Under the pieces are notes generated by a model. That model did not search any database and was not told the origin of the DNA. It worked only from the letters and a program-made list of their open reading frames with translations. Below are positions 8,662 to 18,607 of a stretch of DNA of 64,000 nt, piece by piece. This stretch comes from an uncultured Candidatus Rokubacteria bacterium (GTDB lineage: Bacteria; Methylomirabilota; Methylomirabilia; Rokubacteriales; CSP1-6): NCBI GenBank assembly GCA_963754315.1, contig CAVWFS010000016.1:128001-192000 (forward strand). Direction: 5' to 3'. A program made the position numbers and the translations under genes. The number at the start of each line of letters is the position of its first letter. Within the stretch, counting starts at the first letter, position 1.

Positions 8662-10298
8662 GTGGACATCGACGCCGCCCTCTGCCCAGCCGTCTCAGTC
8701 GAAGGACGTTTCTCAGTTCCGCCGCCGCTGCCGCCGTCGCCTCGAGCATGCCGACGGTGGCGCCCGCGCAACAGCCGCGTCGGTTCGTCATCCGGGAGGA
8801 TCGGTTTGGTCGCATGTTTCCCCAGCTCGATCCGTTTTTCCGTGAGAACAGCTCCAGGCTCCGGGACGCCATGCGGGACATTGGCAAACCTGGAGGCATC
8901 TTGGACGCGAGGGACAATCTGGGCGCGGGCGATGAGGCGGCAGCCATCGCCCTGATCGTCGACCCCAACCTGAGTCTGAACAACCCGAACAACCCTGCGC
9001 ACACCGCAGGGACGACCTTCATGGGCCAGTTCCTTGATCACGACATGACGTTCGATCTGACGTCACGGCTGGCGGTGGTGGCGGAACCGCTCGAGTCGCC
9101 CAACGAGCGCACGCCGCGACTGGATCTCGATTCCGTCTATGGTGGCGGGCCCATGGCGGATGAGGGCCTCTATGTCCCCGTCCCTCGGGGGAGTCGGGAG
9201 CGGCGGACCAAGCTGCGGATCGGCAGCGGCGGAGTCTTCGAAGACTTACCTCGCAACGGGGACGGCAGCGCCATCATCGCCGATCCGCGCAACGACGAGA
9301 ACCTCATGATCGCCGGGCTGCAGGCCGCCTTCATCATGTTTCACAACAAGGCGGTCGACTACGTCCGCGACCGCGACCGGCACCAGTCATCCGAGGACGT
9401 GTTCGAAAAGGCGCGCCAGCTGACCACCTGGCACTACCAGTGGATGATCGTTCACGAGTTCCTGCCGCTCTTCATCGGCCAGCCAGTGGTGAACGATATC
9501 CTCCGTAACGGGCGCAAGTTCTACCGGCCCGAAGTCGGGTTCATTCCCATCGAGTTCCAGGGCGCCGCCTATCGGTTCGGCCACACCATGGTCCGCCCCT
9601 CATACCGGGCGAACCTGGCCGGCGACGACGACGGCTCGCCATTTTTCGCGATGGTCTTCGATCCACGCGGAGAGGGACAGTCCGATCCGATCGATCTGCG
9701 CGGGGGGGCACGGGCGAAGCGGCGCTTCATCGGCTGGCAAACGTTCTTCGATTTCGGGCCGACGTTCACCGACGGGCCGAACAACCCCAATCCCGCCATC
9801 AGGCCCAACAAGCTGATCGATACGAAGATCTCGACGCCGCTGTTCCACCTCCCGGTCGGTGCCATCGCCGGGGGCGTCGGCCCCGGCGACCCCATTTCAC
9901 TGCCGCAACGCAACCTCCTGCGGCATATCACATGGGGAATTCCGTCCGGCCAGAGTATCGCCCGCGCCATGAGGGTCCCGGTGCTCGACCGCGACGATCA
10001 GGTCCTGAAAGAGCTGAGGGAATATCGACTCGACCTCGATGAGTCCACGCCGCTCTGGTTTTACGTTCTCCGCGAGGGCCGCGTCATGGGGAACGAGGGC
10101 CGGCAATTGGGGCCGGTCGGCGGCCGCATTGTGGGCGAAGTCTTCATCGGCCTCCTGGAGCTCGACCGCGACTCGTACCTCCGAGAGCGCAACTGGCGAC
10201 CGACACTTCCGACCAGAAGCGGAAAAGTCACCGGCGAATTTCGGATGATCGACTTCCTCACGTTCGCCGGCGTGGATCCGACCAGCCGGGGCCAGTGA
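8662..10298 (+). CDS. Heme peroxidase (peroxidase-cyclooxygenase superfamily), probably Tat-exported
   Basis: FMGQFLDHD, DPRNDENL, WHYQW, AAYRFGH, TPLWFYVLREG, LGPVGGRIVGEV. In-frame upstream SRRTFL motif; the RBS+GTG at 8662 needs one extra base to join the frame, otherwise the start is ATG 8748. Confidence 0.88.
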
Positions 10299-10375
10299 TC
10301 GGTCGGGTAAATACGTAAGAAGGGCGACGAGGTGATGGCGGGGCGCGGCGCGCGCATGGCCGCTTGCCCCCGCCA

Positions 10376-10549
10376 TCATCCGCAGGAGGGGGTGCGAGGC
10401 GCGAGAACGCGCCTCCCGCCGCACTCCGCGGTGGGAGGAATGTCCTCCAGGTCCACCCAGGCCTCCCGTTGGCGGCCGGTCAGGGCTTGATGAAGCCGCG
10501 CGGCAAAGCCCTTGTCCTTCCGGGAATAGGAGATGAAGACGTCGGCCAT
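10376..10549 (-). pseudogene. Truncated TIR-domain gene (57 codons)
   Basis: RBS AGGAG then MADVFISYSRKDKGFAARLHQALTGRQREAWVDLEDIPPTAE; similarity stops near 10423. Confidence 0.8.
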
Positions 10550-10565
10550 GCGGATGGCTCCTGTG

Positions 10566-11216
10566 CTAGGGCCGGGCCACGTTGCGCGAGCCGTCGCCCT
10601 GGTAGACGTAGCGGAAGGTCACGCAACCGGGCTGAGAGCGCGGGCAGTAGTAGCTGATGATCTCGAGCTTCGCGTAGTGGCCGTTGGCCGTGCGTACCGC
10701 CCATACCCGCCGCCGCGGGCTCAGCATGTGAGACAGGTAGCCATAGCTGTACCAGCCCGCAATGGCAGGGTTGCGCGGGTTGGCCCCGCCCTCCGTCACC
10801 CGGTACCCTTCGCTGGGTACCGTCGTCACAGCACCGAAGACAACCTCGCCTAGATCGGCGATACCTCCCGAGCCGACGAACTCCGGTCCTCCGTTGGCGA
10901 TGATCTCGTAGCGGCGGAAGCCGAGATCCCAGTCCCGGGGGCCGGGGTGGTCGATCACGCTGCCGAGGCCGAAGGCGAAATACCGCCAGTCCTCGGGGCG
11001 ACTGGCGTCCACGGTGTAGACAATGGGACCGACGAGCGCTCGTCCGACGTCGTGCGGAGCCGCCGGCGTCGGTGCGTACATCGCCACGTGCGGCTCGCGC
11101 AGCGAGAGGGCAATCAACGCCACCGTGGCCGCGAGGGCGATGCCAACCCCGATGATCAGAAGGATCCTGGCCCGCGCGGCCGGTCTCCGATCGAGCGGAA
11201 TACCTGCCACTGACAC
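10566..11216 (-). CDS. hmuY: HmuY-family heme-binding protein with N-terminal membrane anchor
   Basis: VDAS...WRYF, DWDLGFRRYEIIANGG, WYSY, VRTANGHYAKLEIISYY; RBS GAGGAGG before GTG 11216. Confidence 0.8.
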   Translation of the reverse strand: MSVAGIPLDRRPAARARILLIIGVGIALAATVALIALSLREPHVAMYAPTPAAPHDVGRALVGPIVYTVDASRPEDWRYFAFGLGSVIDHPGPRDWDLGFRRYEIIANGGPEFVGSGGIADLGEVVFGAVTTVPSEGYRVTEGGANPRNPAIAGWYSYGYLSHMLSPRRRVWAVRTANGHYAKLEIISYYCPRSQPGCVTFRYVYQGDGSRNVARP

Positions 11217-11281
11217 GTGGGCCTCCTCTTCATCTCCACCTATTCGCGTCTTTGCCCGGCCGTTCACCCGCAGGTGTCACG

Positions 11282-12751
11282 TCAGGTCGCGGTGAGCGAA
11301 TCAAAGGTCCAGCGCTCGAGGGGGATCATCGCGTCGAGGTCGGGCTCGAAGGCCACGCCGTAGCCGGGCGTGGCGAGCGAGCCAACCCTGAGCCGACCGC
11401 CCTCGATAGAGAGCCACGCTTCCCGCTCGTCACCGGTATAGAGATCGCCGTGATAGCGCACTGCCGCCGCCCGCTCGCGCGGCGAGCAGTGGGCGAGACC
11501 GCGGACGTAGTGGTGGCCGTTGCGCTCGACGTGGGCGATGCCGAGAGCCCGGACCGTGGCCAGGTCCTGTTGCAGCGGCACCACCGGGACGTTGGTGAGG
11601 TCCTCCGCGCTCATGAACAGCCGCTCGGCGGCGGGCCGCCGCCCTGCGTTCAACCGCTCGACGAGGGAACGGTTGAGGAACGATTTCATGATGCCCTTGC
11701 AATTCTTGGTAGACACCCCCCGATAGCCGACGTCCACGGCACGCACGAAAGCGTGGAGATCAGCGTCGCTCTCGTCGATGATGATGGGCACGCGGCGACC
11801 GAGGGTCACCAGACCTTCGGTGGCGGCGGGGTCCAGTGCGATGGCCCGATCGAGCGGCTGCTCGATGAACGCCGTCGAGCGCCACAGCCGAGCAAGGGCC
11901 GGCATTGTCTCGATAGCCTCCACGAGGGCCGCGAACTCGGCCGTCGTCTTGTATTGCTCGTTGCCGTCGAGCGTGGCGAGGTAATCTCCCGCAATCAGCC
12001 GGTCGAGGGTGGCCGCGATGCGGGTGAGACGCTCCACGTCGGCCTCGACCTGACCGCCGACCTTCAGCTTGAAGTGACGGAGCCCGTGCTGCTGGATGCA
12101 TTCCTCCAGGGTCTGCGGTAGGCCGTCGCGCAGCCAGCCGTCGGCGGGTACGTCGTCGGCAACGATGGGATCGAGCAAGCCCACGGTGTGCCGTATCGCG
12201 ATCGAGTCGAGCGCGGGTCGGCGCGCCCACGCCAGGAGGTCGGTGGTGGAGAGCGCGGGATGCACGGCCTCGGGGCGGATCCCGAGCACATCATCACGCA
12301 GCATACCTAGCACATCGCGGCCGGACAGACGCCCGGCCGCGTCGGCCAGGGCGCGCTCGAATAGCGACGACCCGAAAGCGGCAGTGAGTCCGTTCAGGCC
12401 GAGCTCGGGGCCACGGCGGGCGCACTCCGCGTAGGCCTGGGCCCATACGTCGAAGAGAGGCCGCGGCGCCCGGGCCGCGTCGAGATATGCGGTGTGCGCG
12501 GTGCGGATCGACGCGAGCTGGTCGGTCACGTTGTCGCGGAAGCTCTTGGTCGGATCCTTGTCAAACCACTTGGGGGGGAGGTTGTCGGCGGCGTAGCCGA
12601 GGCCGCGTCGGCCATCTCCCGTTTCGACCTCCACCGCGAGGTGGAGCAGCGGAAAATGCGTGAGCGTGACCACGCCGTATCGGAAGGGCAGGCGCGTGCG
12701 CAGGTTCCGCACGTGACAAGAGGCGGATTTCAGCGCCAGGGATAGACTCAT
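11282..12751 (-). CDS. Enolase/mandelate racemase superfamily-like protein, substrate unknown
   Basis: FKLKVGG (KxK), DGNEQ, IEQP and IDES metal-ligand pattern. Confidence 0.7.
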   Translation of the reverse strand: MSLSLALKSASCHVRNLRTRLPFRYGVVTLTHFPLLHLAVEVETGDGRRGLGYAADNLPPKWFDKDPTKSFRDNVTDQLASIRTAHTAYLDAARAPRPLFDVWAQAYAECARRGPELGLNGLTAAFGSSLFERALADAAGRLSGRDVLGMLRDDVLGIRPEAVHPALSTTDLLAWARRPALDSIAIRHTVGLLDPIVADDVPADGWLRDGLPQTLEECIQQHGLRHFKLKVGGQVEADVERLTRIAATLDRLIAGDYLATLDGNEQYKTTAEFAALVEAIETMPALARLWRSTAFIEQPLDRAIALDPAATEGLVTLGRRVPIIIDESDADLHAFVRAVDVGYRGVSTKNCKGIMKSFLNRSLVERLNAGRRPAAERLFMSAEDLTNVPVVPLQQDLATVRALGIAHVERNGHHYVRGLAHCSPRERAAAVRYHGDLYTGDEREAWLSIEGGRLRVGSLATPGYGVAFEPDLDAMIPLERWTFDSLTAT

Positions 12752-12784
12752 CGGCACCCGGCCTGGTGGAAGCCCTCCCTCAAT

Positions 12785-13564
12785 TCAGGCCCGGGGCGTG
12801 CTAAGGGGCAGGAAAGCGCGGCCCGCCGCGGTGCCGCCGTTGACGGCCAGGACCTCGCCCGTCACGTAGTCCGCATACGGTGAGGCCAGAAAGAGGGCGG
12901 CGTTGGCGATGTCCAGGGGCGTGCCGGCTCGCCCCCAGGGAATCTGCGCGGTCAGGGCTGTTTCATACTCCGCGCTGATTGGCGATGTCTCGCTGTCCAC
13001 CTTGACCAAGCCGGGCGCGATGCAGTTCACGTTGATGCGATGCGCCGCCAGCTCCAGCGCCAGGACCCGCGTGAACATGACCACCGCCGCCTTGGAAGCA
13101 CAGTAGTGGGAGGCGCCCACCCGCCCGCTGGTGTAGGCGCCGGAGGCCATGGTGATGATCTTGCCCGGGATCCCGCGCGCGGCCATCCGGCGCGCCGCCG
13201 CCTGAGCGGTGAGGAACACGCCGCGAACGTTGGTTTCCATCACGCGATCCCACTCCTCGACGGTCATGTCGAGGACGGGCGTGTTGGGATAGATCCCGGC
13301 GTTGGCGACGGCAACCGTGACGGGGCCGAGCGCCTTCTCCGTCTCGGCCACGAATCGGCCCACCTCGGCCGCGTCGCGCACGTCAACCACACCAGAGAAC
13401 ACGTCCGGGCCCAGCGCGGCGGCCGCGCGCTTCAAGGCCGCCTCGCGCACGTCGCCCAGGGCCACGCGCGCGCCGGCCTGGTGGAACGCCTGCGCGATGC
13501 CGTGCCCGATGCCGGCGGCGGCGCCGGTCACCAGCACGACGCCATCCTTGAAGTCGAAAGTCAC
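12785..13564 (-). CDS. SDR family oxidoreductase
   Basis: TGAAAGIG, ANAG, YCASK, NCIAPG; GTG start at 13564. Confidence 0.93.
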   Translation of the reverse strand: MTFDFKDGVVLVTGAAAGIGHGIAQAFHQAGARVALGDVREAALKRAAAALGPDVFSGVVDVRDAAEVGRFVAETEKALGPVTVAVANAGIYPNTPVLDMTVEEWDRVMETNVRGVFLTAQAAARRMAARGIPGKIITMASGAYTSGRVGASHYCASKAAVVMFTRVLALELAAHRINVNCIAPGLVKVDSETSPISAEYETALTAQIPWGRAGTPLDIANAALFLASPYADYVTGEVLAVNGGTAAGRAFLPLSTPRA

Positions 13565-13604
13565 CGGGGGTTCTCGTGCCGGCGCCGCGCCCAGACTCCA
13601 CGCA

Positions 13605-14510
13605 TCAAGCGACTTGGCGCCGCAGCTGCTCGGAGATGATGTCGATCGTCTCGTGGATGGCTGGATAGGTCGAGTACGAGACCTCCAGCGCCACGTGCTG
13701 GCAGCCAAGGGCCTGATAGCGGCCTAGCTCCTCGACGATCTTTGCCACCGAGCCCCCGACCACGTGACGCCCACGGATGAGCGCCATGTCCACCGCCGCC
13801 CGGTGCACGCCCTCGATCAGGATCGGGATGCGCAGCGATAGCGCGGGGTCGCCCTCGCGCCCGGCCTCCCGCCAGAAACGGCGGAGGGTTTCGACTCCCT
13901 GTTGGAAGGCAGCCGGATCGGTGGCCGTCGCATGCCATCCGTCGCCCAGGCGGGCCACGCGCCGCAGCGCGCCCTCGCTGTTGCCACCAACGTAGAGCGG
14001 TGGGCGGGGCTTCTGCAGCGGCATCGGAGAGAACGTGACGTCGTGCAGGTGATGACGGCGGGTCACAATCTGCGGGTGCTCCTGCGTCCACAGGGTTCGG
14101 AACAGCTCGAGTGACTCCTCGCTCCGGCTCACACGCTCCTTGAAGGGCACGCCCAGGGCATCGAACTCCCCCTCCAGCCAGCCAATGGCCGCACCGACGA
14201 TCAAGCGTCCGCCCGAGAGCACGTCGACGCTGGCGAGCAGCTTGGCGACCGGGATCGGTGACCGATAGGGCAGGATCACCACGCTCGTCCCCAGGGCAAT
14301 CCGTGACGTCACCGCGGCCAGCCACGGCAGCACCGCGAGCGGATCGAGCATGTGCTCGCGGTAGATGACATCGACCCGGTTGGGGACGATGACGTGGTCG
14401 GTGACCCAGATCGAGTCGAGGCCGCGCTCGTCGGCGCGCCGCGCGACATCCAGCATCCGTGGTACCTCGATGGGGCGGCCGTAATGCGGCAGACAGATAC
14501 CCAGCTTCAT
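13605..14510 (-). CDS. LLM-class (probably F420-dependent) oxidoreductase
   Basis: MKLGICLP, DSIWVTDH, LGTSVVILPYR, DVLSGGRL, GGNSEGALRR. Confidence 0.9.
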   Translation of the reverse strand: MKLGICLPHYGRPIEVPRMLDVARRADERGLDSIWVTDHVIVPNRVDVIYREHMLDPLAVLPWLAAVTSRIALGTSVVILPYRSPIPVAKLLASVDVLSGGRLIVGAAIGWLEGEFDALGVPFKERVSRSEESLELFRTLWTQEHPQIVTRRHHLHDVTFSPMPLQKPRPPLYVGGNSEGALRRVARLGDGWHATATDPAAFQQGVETLRRFWREAGREGDPALSLRIPILIEGVHRAAVDMALIRGRHVVGGSVAKIVEELGRYQALGCQHVALEVSYSTYPAIHETIDIISEQLRRQVA

Positions 14511-15038
14511 GGCCGGGGAGTATACCGCGTAGAGGGCAGACGCGCCGTCCCAGGCGCGAGGGGGCGCCATGTTGGCGCACGCCCCCTCGCGGCTAGTCGC
14601 CGTGCACGTCTTCGCGGGCCACGACCTCCTGAACTAGCCGAGGCTGTGCGAGGCTACGTCGCTTATCTTCGTGACAACGATTTCGTTGACTGACGGTGTC
14701 GGTCTCTCCTCCCCGCCCTTCACCTGAGTGGCCTCATCCCTGGTGACTGACCTGCTTACGCTTCGGGAGGTCCTTCACCGAGGGTCGCTTGGTCCTCAAC
14801 TTTCATGGGCACTTGCCAGCGCGCCTGGGAGACGATGGTGCATGGAAACGAGACCATAGACCCAAATCAGGACCCTGGACGGGGGTGTGTGGCACGCTGC
14901 GGCAGAGCCGACGCCTGCGCGGGGTTCACGGCCATCCGGCTCAGCCGCCTGCGTTGGATGCCACCAGCGCGGGCTGTATCCGAAGCGAGACATTGACCCA
15001 TCCGGGCGGGCGGCCTACGGTGTCGTCTTGAGGGTCAG

Positions 15039-15668
15039 ATGGCCTACCCATTCGAACGCGCGCGAGGATGGACTCGGGCTGACTACGACCGACTGATTGC
15101 CGAGGGCGCCTTCGACCACCGAGAGCCGGTGGAGCTCCTGGGGGGCGTGCTAGTGGCGTGTGAACCCCAAGGAAGCTACCACTTCACCACGATCGCCCTG
15201 GCCGCTCACGCCCTCGAGCAGGCTCTCGGACCAGGGTGGACAGTGCGGCAGCAGGCCCCGATCACCCTCGATGATGAGTCGGAACCGGAGCCCGACCTCG
15301 CCGTGGTCCGGGGCGAGCCGATCGATTTTCTCGATGCCCATCCCGCGCGGCCGGCCCTCGTCGTGGAGGTTGCCGACACCTCCCTCGAGCTTGATCGTGG
15401 TCTCAAGGGTGCGCTCTATGCCCGGGCCGGGTTGCCCGAGTACTGGATCATCAACGTTCGAGATCGTTGTCTCGAGGTGCACCGTACTCCCGGGCCGGAT
15501 CCCTCGCGCTCCCTTGGGTGGTACTACCACCAGACCGTCGTGCTCGTCGCCGCCGACCGAGTAACTCCGCTCGCGCCCGGCACCCACTCGATCGCGGTGG
15601 CTGATCTGCTACCACCTCCGCATCGGCCCCCGGTCCCGCCCGGGACCGCAGGCGCGGGTGGGCGTTGA
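15039..15668 (+). CDS. Uma2-family PD-(D/E)XK endonuclease-like protein
   Basis: EPEPDLAVV, LVVEVADTSL, YARAGLPEYWIINV. Confidence 0.9.
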   Translation: MAYPFERARGWTRADYDRLIAEGAFDHREPVELLGGVLVACEPQGSYHFTTIALAAHALEQALGPGWTVRQQAPITLDDESEPEPDLAVVRGEPIDFLDAHPARPALVVEVADTSLELDRGLKGALYARAGLPEYWIINVRDRCLEVHRTPGPDPSRSLGWYYHQTVVLVAADRVTPLAPGTHSIAVADLLPPPHRPPVPPGTAGAGGR

Positions 15669-15693
15669 GGATGGGAAGTTATTGATAGACCCG

Positions 15694-16980
15694 TCACCGC
15701 ATGGTGTTGGGGAGCCAGAGGACGATCTGGGGGAACACCATGATGAGGATGGTGGTCAGCACGATGGCGATCATCAGGATGCTTGTGCCCGTGTAGACCT
15801 TCATGAGGCCCACGTTGCCGCTGGAGCTGACCACGAAGGCGATCATGCCCACCGGCGGGAACACGAGCCCCATCGACACCATGAGCATCGACATGACGCC
15901 GAACCAGATGGGGTCGAAGCCGAGCGCGGTGATGAGCGGGAAGGTCAGCTGCAAGGTCAGGAGCAGCAGCGGCAGCTCGTCCATGAACATGCTCACCACG
16001 AAGTAGGCGACCACGATCCCCACGATGACGACCCACCGGTTGAGGTTCAGCTCGGTCACGACCGCCACCACCTGCTGGGGGATCTTGCTCATGGCCATGT
16101 AGTAGCCGAACACGGTGGCGCCAATGAGAATCATGAAGATCAGGGCCGAGATCTTGATGGTTTGCCGGAGCGCGTCCAAGGCGCCCGCCCACGTGAGACG
16201 GCCGAAGGCGACCCCGATCAGCCCCGCCAGGAAGGCCCCCACGGCGCCGACCTCGGTAGGAGTTGCTACACCGGTGTACAGCAGGACGATGACCAGCGTG
16301 ATCAGCAGCAGGCTCGACCAGATCCGCCGCAGGCTGGCCCAGCGCTCGCGGGCCGTCACCACGTAAGTCTCGGGAGCGTGGGAGGGGCGGACCCGGACCC
16401 AGACCAGAATGGCTACGATCAGAAACGCCCCCACGATGAGGGCGGGGACCACGCCGGCGATGAGCAGCTTGCCGATGGACGTCTGGGTGGTGATGCCGTA
16501 GATCACCATGCCCACGCTCGGCGGGATGAGAATGTCGAGGGTCGATCCGATCCCGATCGATCCCGCTGCCAGCTGATCGGAGTACCCATGGCGACGCATC
16601 TCGGGCATGGCGATGCTCGACATGACCGCCGCCGCCGCCAGGCTGGCCCCCGACATGGCCCCGAAGATCCCGCACGCGAACACGGTGGCGATGGCGAGCC
16701 CGCCGCGGACGGACGAGAGCCAGTTGGCCCCGGCCGTGTAGAGGTCGCGGGCGAGGCCCCCGGAGGCCGAGAAGTAGGCCATGAGAATGAACATGGGAAT
16801 CGTCGTCAGCACGTACTCGGCCGCCACCCCGTAGGGGGTCGTGCCCAAGATGCGCAGGACGACGGTCCAGTCCCCTCCGAGGAGATAAATGCCGACGATC
16901 CCCGCGATGGCCAGGGAGAAGGCGATAGGGACTCCCAGCAGCAGCGCGCCGATCATGACGAGGAACGGCACGTAAGCCAT
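15694..16980 (-). CDS. dctM: TRAP transporter large permease
   Basis: Highly hydrophobic; IPMFILM, FGAMSGASLA, LIPPSV, PPVG. Confidence 0.93.
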   Translation of the reverse strand: MAYVPFLVMIGALLLGVPIAFSLAIAGIVGIYLLGGDWTVVLRILGTTPYGVAAEYVLTTIPMFILMAYFSASGGLARDLYTAGANWLSSVRGGLAIATVFACGIFGAMSGASLAAAAVMSSIAMPEMRRHGYSDQLAAGSIGIGSTLDILIPPSVGMVIYGITTQTSIGKLLIAGVVPALIVGAFLIVAILVWVRVRPSHAPETYVVTARERWASLRRIWSSLLLITLVIVLLYTGVATPTEVGAVGAFLAGLIGVAFGRLTWAGALDALRQTIKISALIFMILIGATVFGYYMAMSKIPQQVVAVVTELNLNRWVVIVGIVVAYFVVSMFMDELPLLLLTLQLTFPLITALGFDPIWFGVMSMLMVSMGLVFPPVGMIAFVVSSSGNVGLMKVYTGTSILMIAIVLTTILIMVFPQIVLWLPNTMR

Positions 16981-16983
16981 GGG

Positions 16984-17478
16984 TCAGTTGTTCATGAGGA
17001 GGCTCGAGCGACCCTTCCGCACTTCCTTGAGATCGACCAGCATCAGCACGGTGGTGAGGAACAGCCCGATGGAGACGAGCAGATGGGCGGGCCACAAGGG
17101 CAGCTCGAGCGTAACGAACGTTGTCTTGGTTGCCCACACGTGGCGGGCCTGCTGGAAGGTGGCGAAGACGAGGAGCGCACAGTATGCGATGGACATGAGC
17201 TGCACCAGATGGTCGAGGACGAGCCTTGGCCCCCGGCCGAAGCGCTCGACCAGGAATGTGACTCGTATGTTGGCGCCCTGCCGGTAGGCGTACGGCATGG
17301 CCAGAAAGACCGCCGCGATCATCAGGTAGTTCGTGGTGAGCTCGTAGGCGGCGAGGATCGGCCGGTTGAACAGATAGCGGCCTCCGGCATCGACGGTGGT
17401 GAGGATCATCATGCCGAATGTGGCGACGGCCGCCACGAGGGTCAGGAGCCGCTCGCAGCCGTCCAGCCACCTCCGCAT
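16984..17478 (-). CDS. dctQ: TRAP transporter small permease
   Basis: Four TM segments, GRYLFNRPI; lies between dctP and dctM. Confidence 0.9.
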   Translation of the reverse strand: MRRWLDGCERLLTLVAAVATFGMMILTTVDAGGRYLFNRPILAAYELTTNYLMIAAVFLAMPYAYRQGANIRVTFLVERFGRGPRLVLDHLVQLMSIAYCALLVFATFQQARHVWATKTTFVTLELPLWPAHLLVSIGLFLTTVLMLVDLKEVRKGRSSLLMNN

Positions 17479-17503
17479 GGGCGCCCGCGTCCCGTCCCGG
17501 GGC

Positions 17504-18520
17504 CTACGGATCGTACTTCTTGACCGCCTCCCGCAGGTCGTTGAGAAGCTGGCGCCCGGGCAGCCCCTTGGCCTCCATGCTCTTCAACCACTCCTCCTCG
17601 ATGGGCTTGAGGCGAGCGGCCCAGCGCTGGCGCTCTTCAGCGGGGACCGTGTAGATGGTTGCTCCCGCCTTCTTGGCGACCGCGATGCCCTCGAGATCGT
17701 TCTTGTCCCAGGCAACGCCGGTGAACTCGGCCCCCCAGGTTCCGCTCAGATCGTCGATCACCTTGCGGAGATCAGGCGGGAGGCTGTCGTACTTCTTCTG
17801 ATTCATCATGGTGAACAGCGGTGCCGCGTAGAGGTTGACCACCGTGTGATGCTTCAGGACCTCGGCCAGCTTGAAGGACCAGATCGCCTCCCACGGGAAG
17901 ATTGTTCCGTCCACGGTTCCGCGCTCAAGGGCGGTGTAGGTGTCGGGGGCGGGAATGCTTACCGGAACCGCGCCGAGGGTCTTGACCATGTTGGTGAGCA
18001 CGGGCGTTGCCGCCCGGATCTTGAGGCCGGCGAGGTCCTCGATGACCTTGACCTGCTTCTTGGCAAGATGGAACTGGCCGGGCCCATGCACCCAGATCCA
18101 GAGCAGCTTCACGTCCTTGAACTCCGCGCGGAAGTACTTGTCGACGAGCGACTGGACGGCCAGGCTGCCGCCCTTCGCCGACTTGAAGAGCAACGGTAGC
18201 TCGGCCACCGAGATGAGCGGAAAGCGGCCGGGCGTGTAACCGGGGGTGGCGAATCCCATATCGGCGATACCGTTCACGACCATGTCGTAGTGATCGGCGG
18301 GCTTGCCCAGGGTGCTGCCCGGAAAGATGGTCACCTTGAGGCGGCCGCCGCTCTTCTCCTCGATCATCTTGGCCCAGGGGACCATCACGCCCGTGTGGTG
18401 ACCGTGGGCGATGCCGACCCAGCTCGAGAACTTCAGCTCGATCGGCTTGTCCTGACCGACGGCGGGGCCGGGGAAAAGCCAGAGCCAGGCCAGGGCGACG
18501 ACCAGCCACGCGTGTCTCAT
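17504..18520 (-). CDS. dctP: TRAP transporter substrate-binding protein
   Basis: Signal peptide; SGGRLKV, YTPGRFP, DLAGLKIR, YTALERGTVDG. Confidence 0.93.
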   Translation of the reverse strand: MRHAWLVVALAWLWLFPGPAVGQDKPIELKFSSWVGIAHGHHTGVMVPWAKMIEEKSGGRLKVTIFPGSTLGKPADHYDMVVNGIADMGFATPGYTPGRFPLISVAELPLLFKSAKGGSLAVQSLVDKYFRAEFKDVKLLWIWVHGPGQFHLAKKQVKVIEDLAGLKIRAATPVLTNMVKTLGAVPVSIPAPDTYTALERGTVDGTIFPWEAIWSFKLAEVLKHHTVVNLYAAPLFTMMNQKKYDSLPPDLRKVIDDLSGTWGAEFTGVAWDKNDLEGIAVAKKAGATIYTVPAEERQRWAARLKPIEEEWLKSMEAKGLPGRQLLNDLREAVKKYDP

Positions 18521-18607
18521 CGTTGAGTCCCCCTCTGTCGACCTCGGGATGATGACGCGCGGCAGTCCGGGCCCGCGACGTCGCGGACGCGGCGGATCAT
18601 AGCACGC

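Noticed and set aside
14700..15030. Possible ncRNA or small ORFs before the Uma2 gene
   Set aside because: No recognisable RNA motif, stable long stem or protein similarity by eye
15524..17523. Long ORFs (648 aa, 621 aa) overlapping the TRAP genes, and similar ones at 40366-42348 and 54448-56061
   Set aside because: Shadow frames expected in high-GC DNA; they have low-complexity or antisense-type composition and overlap clear genes
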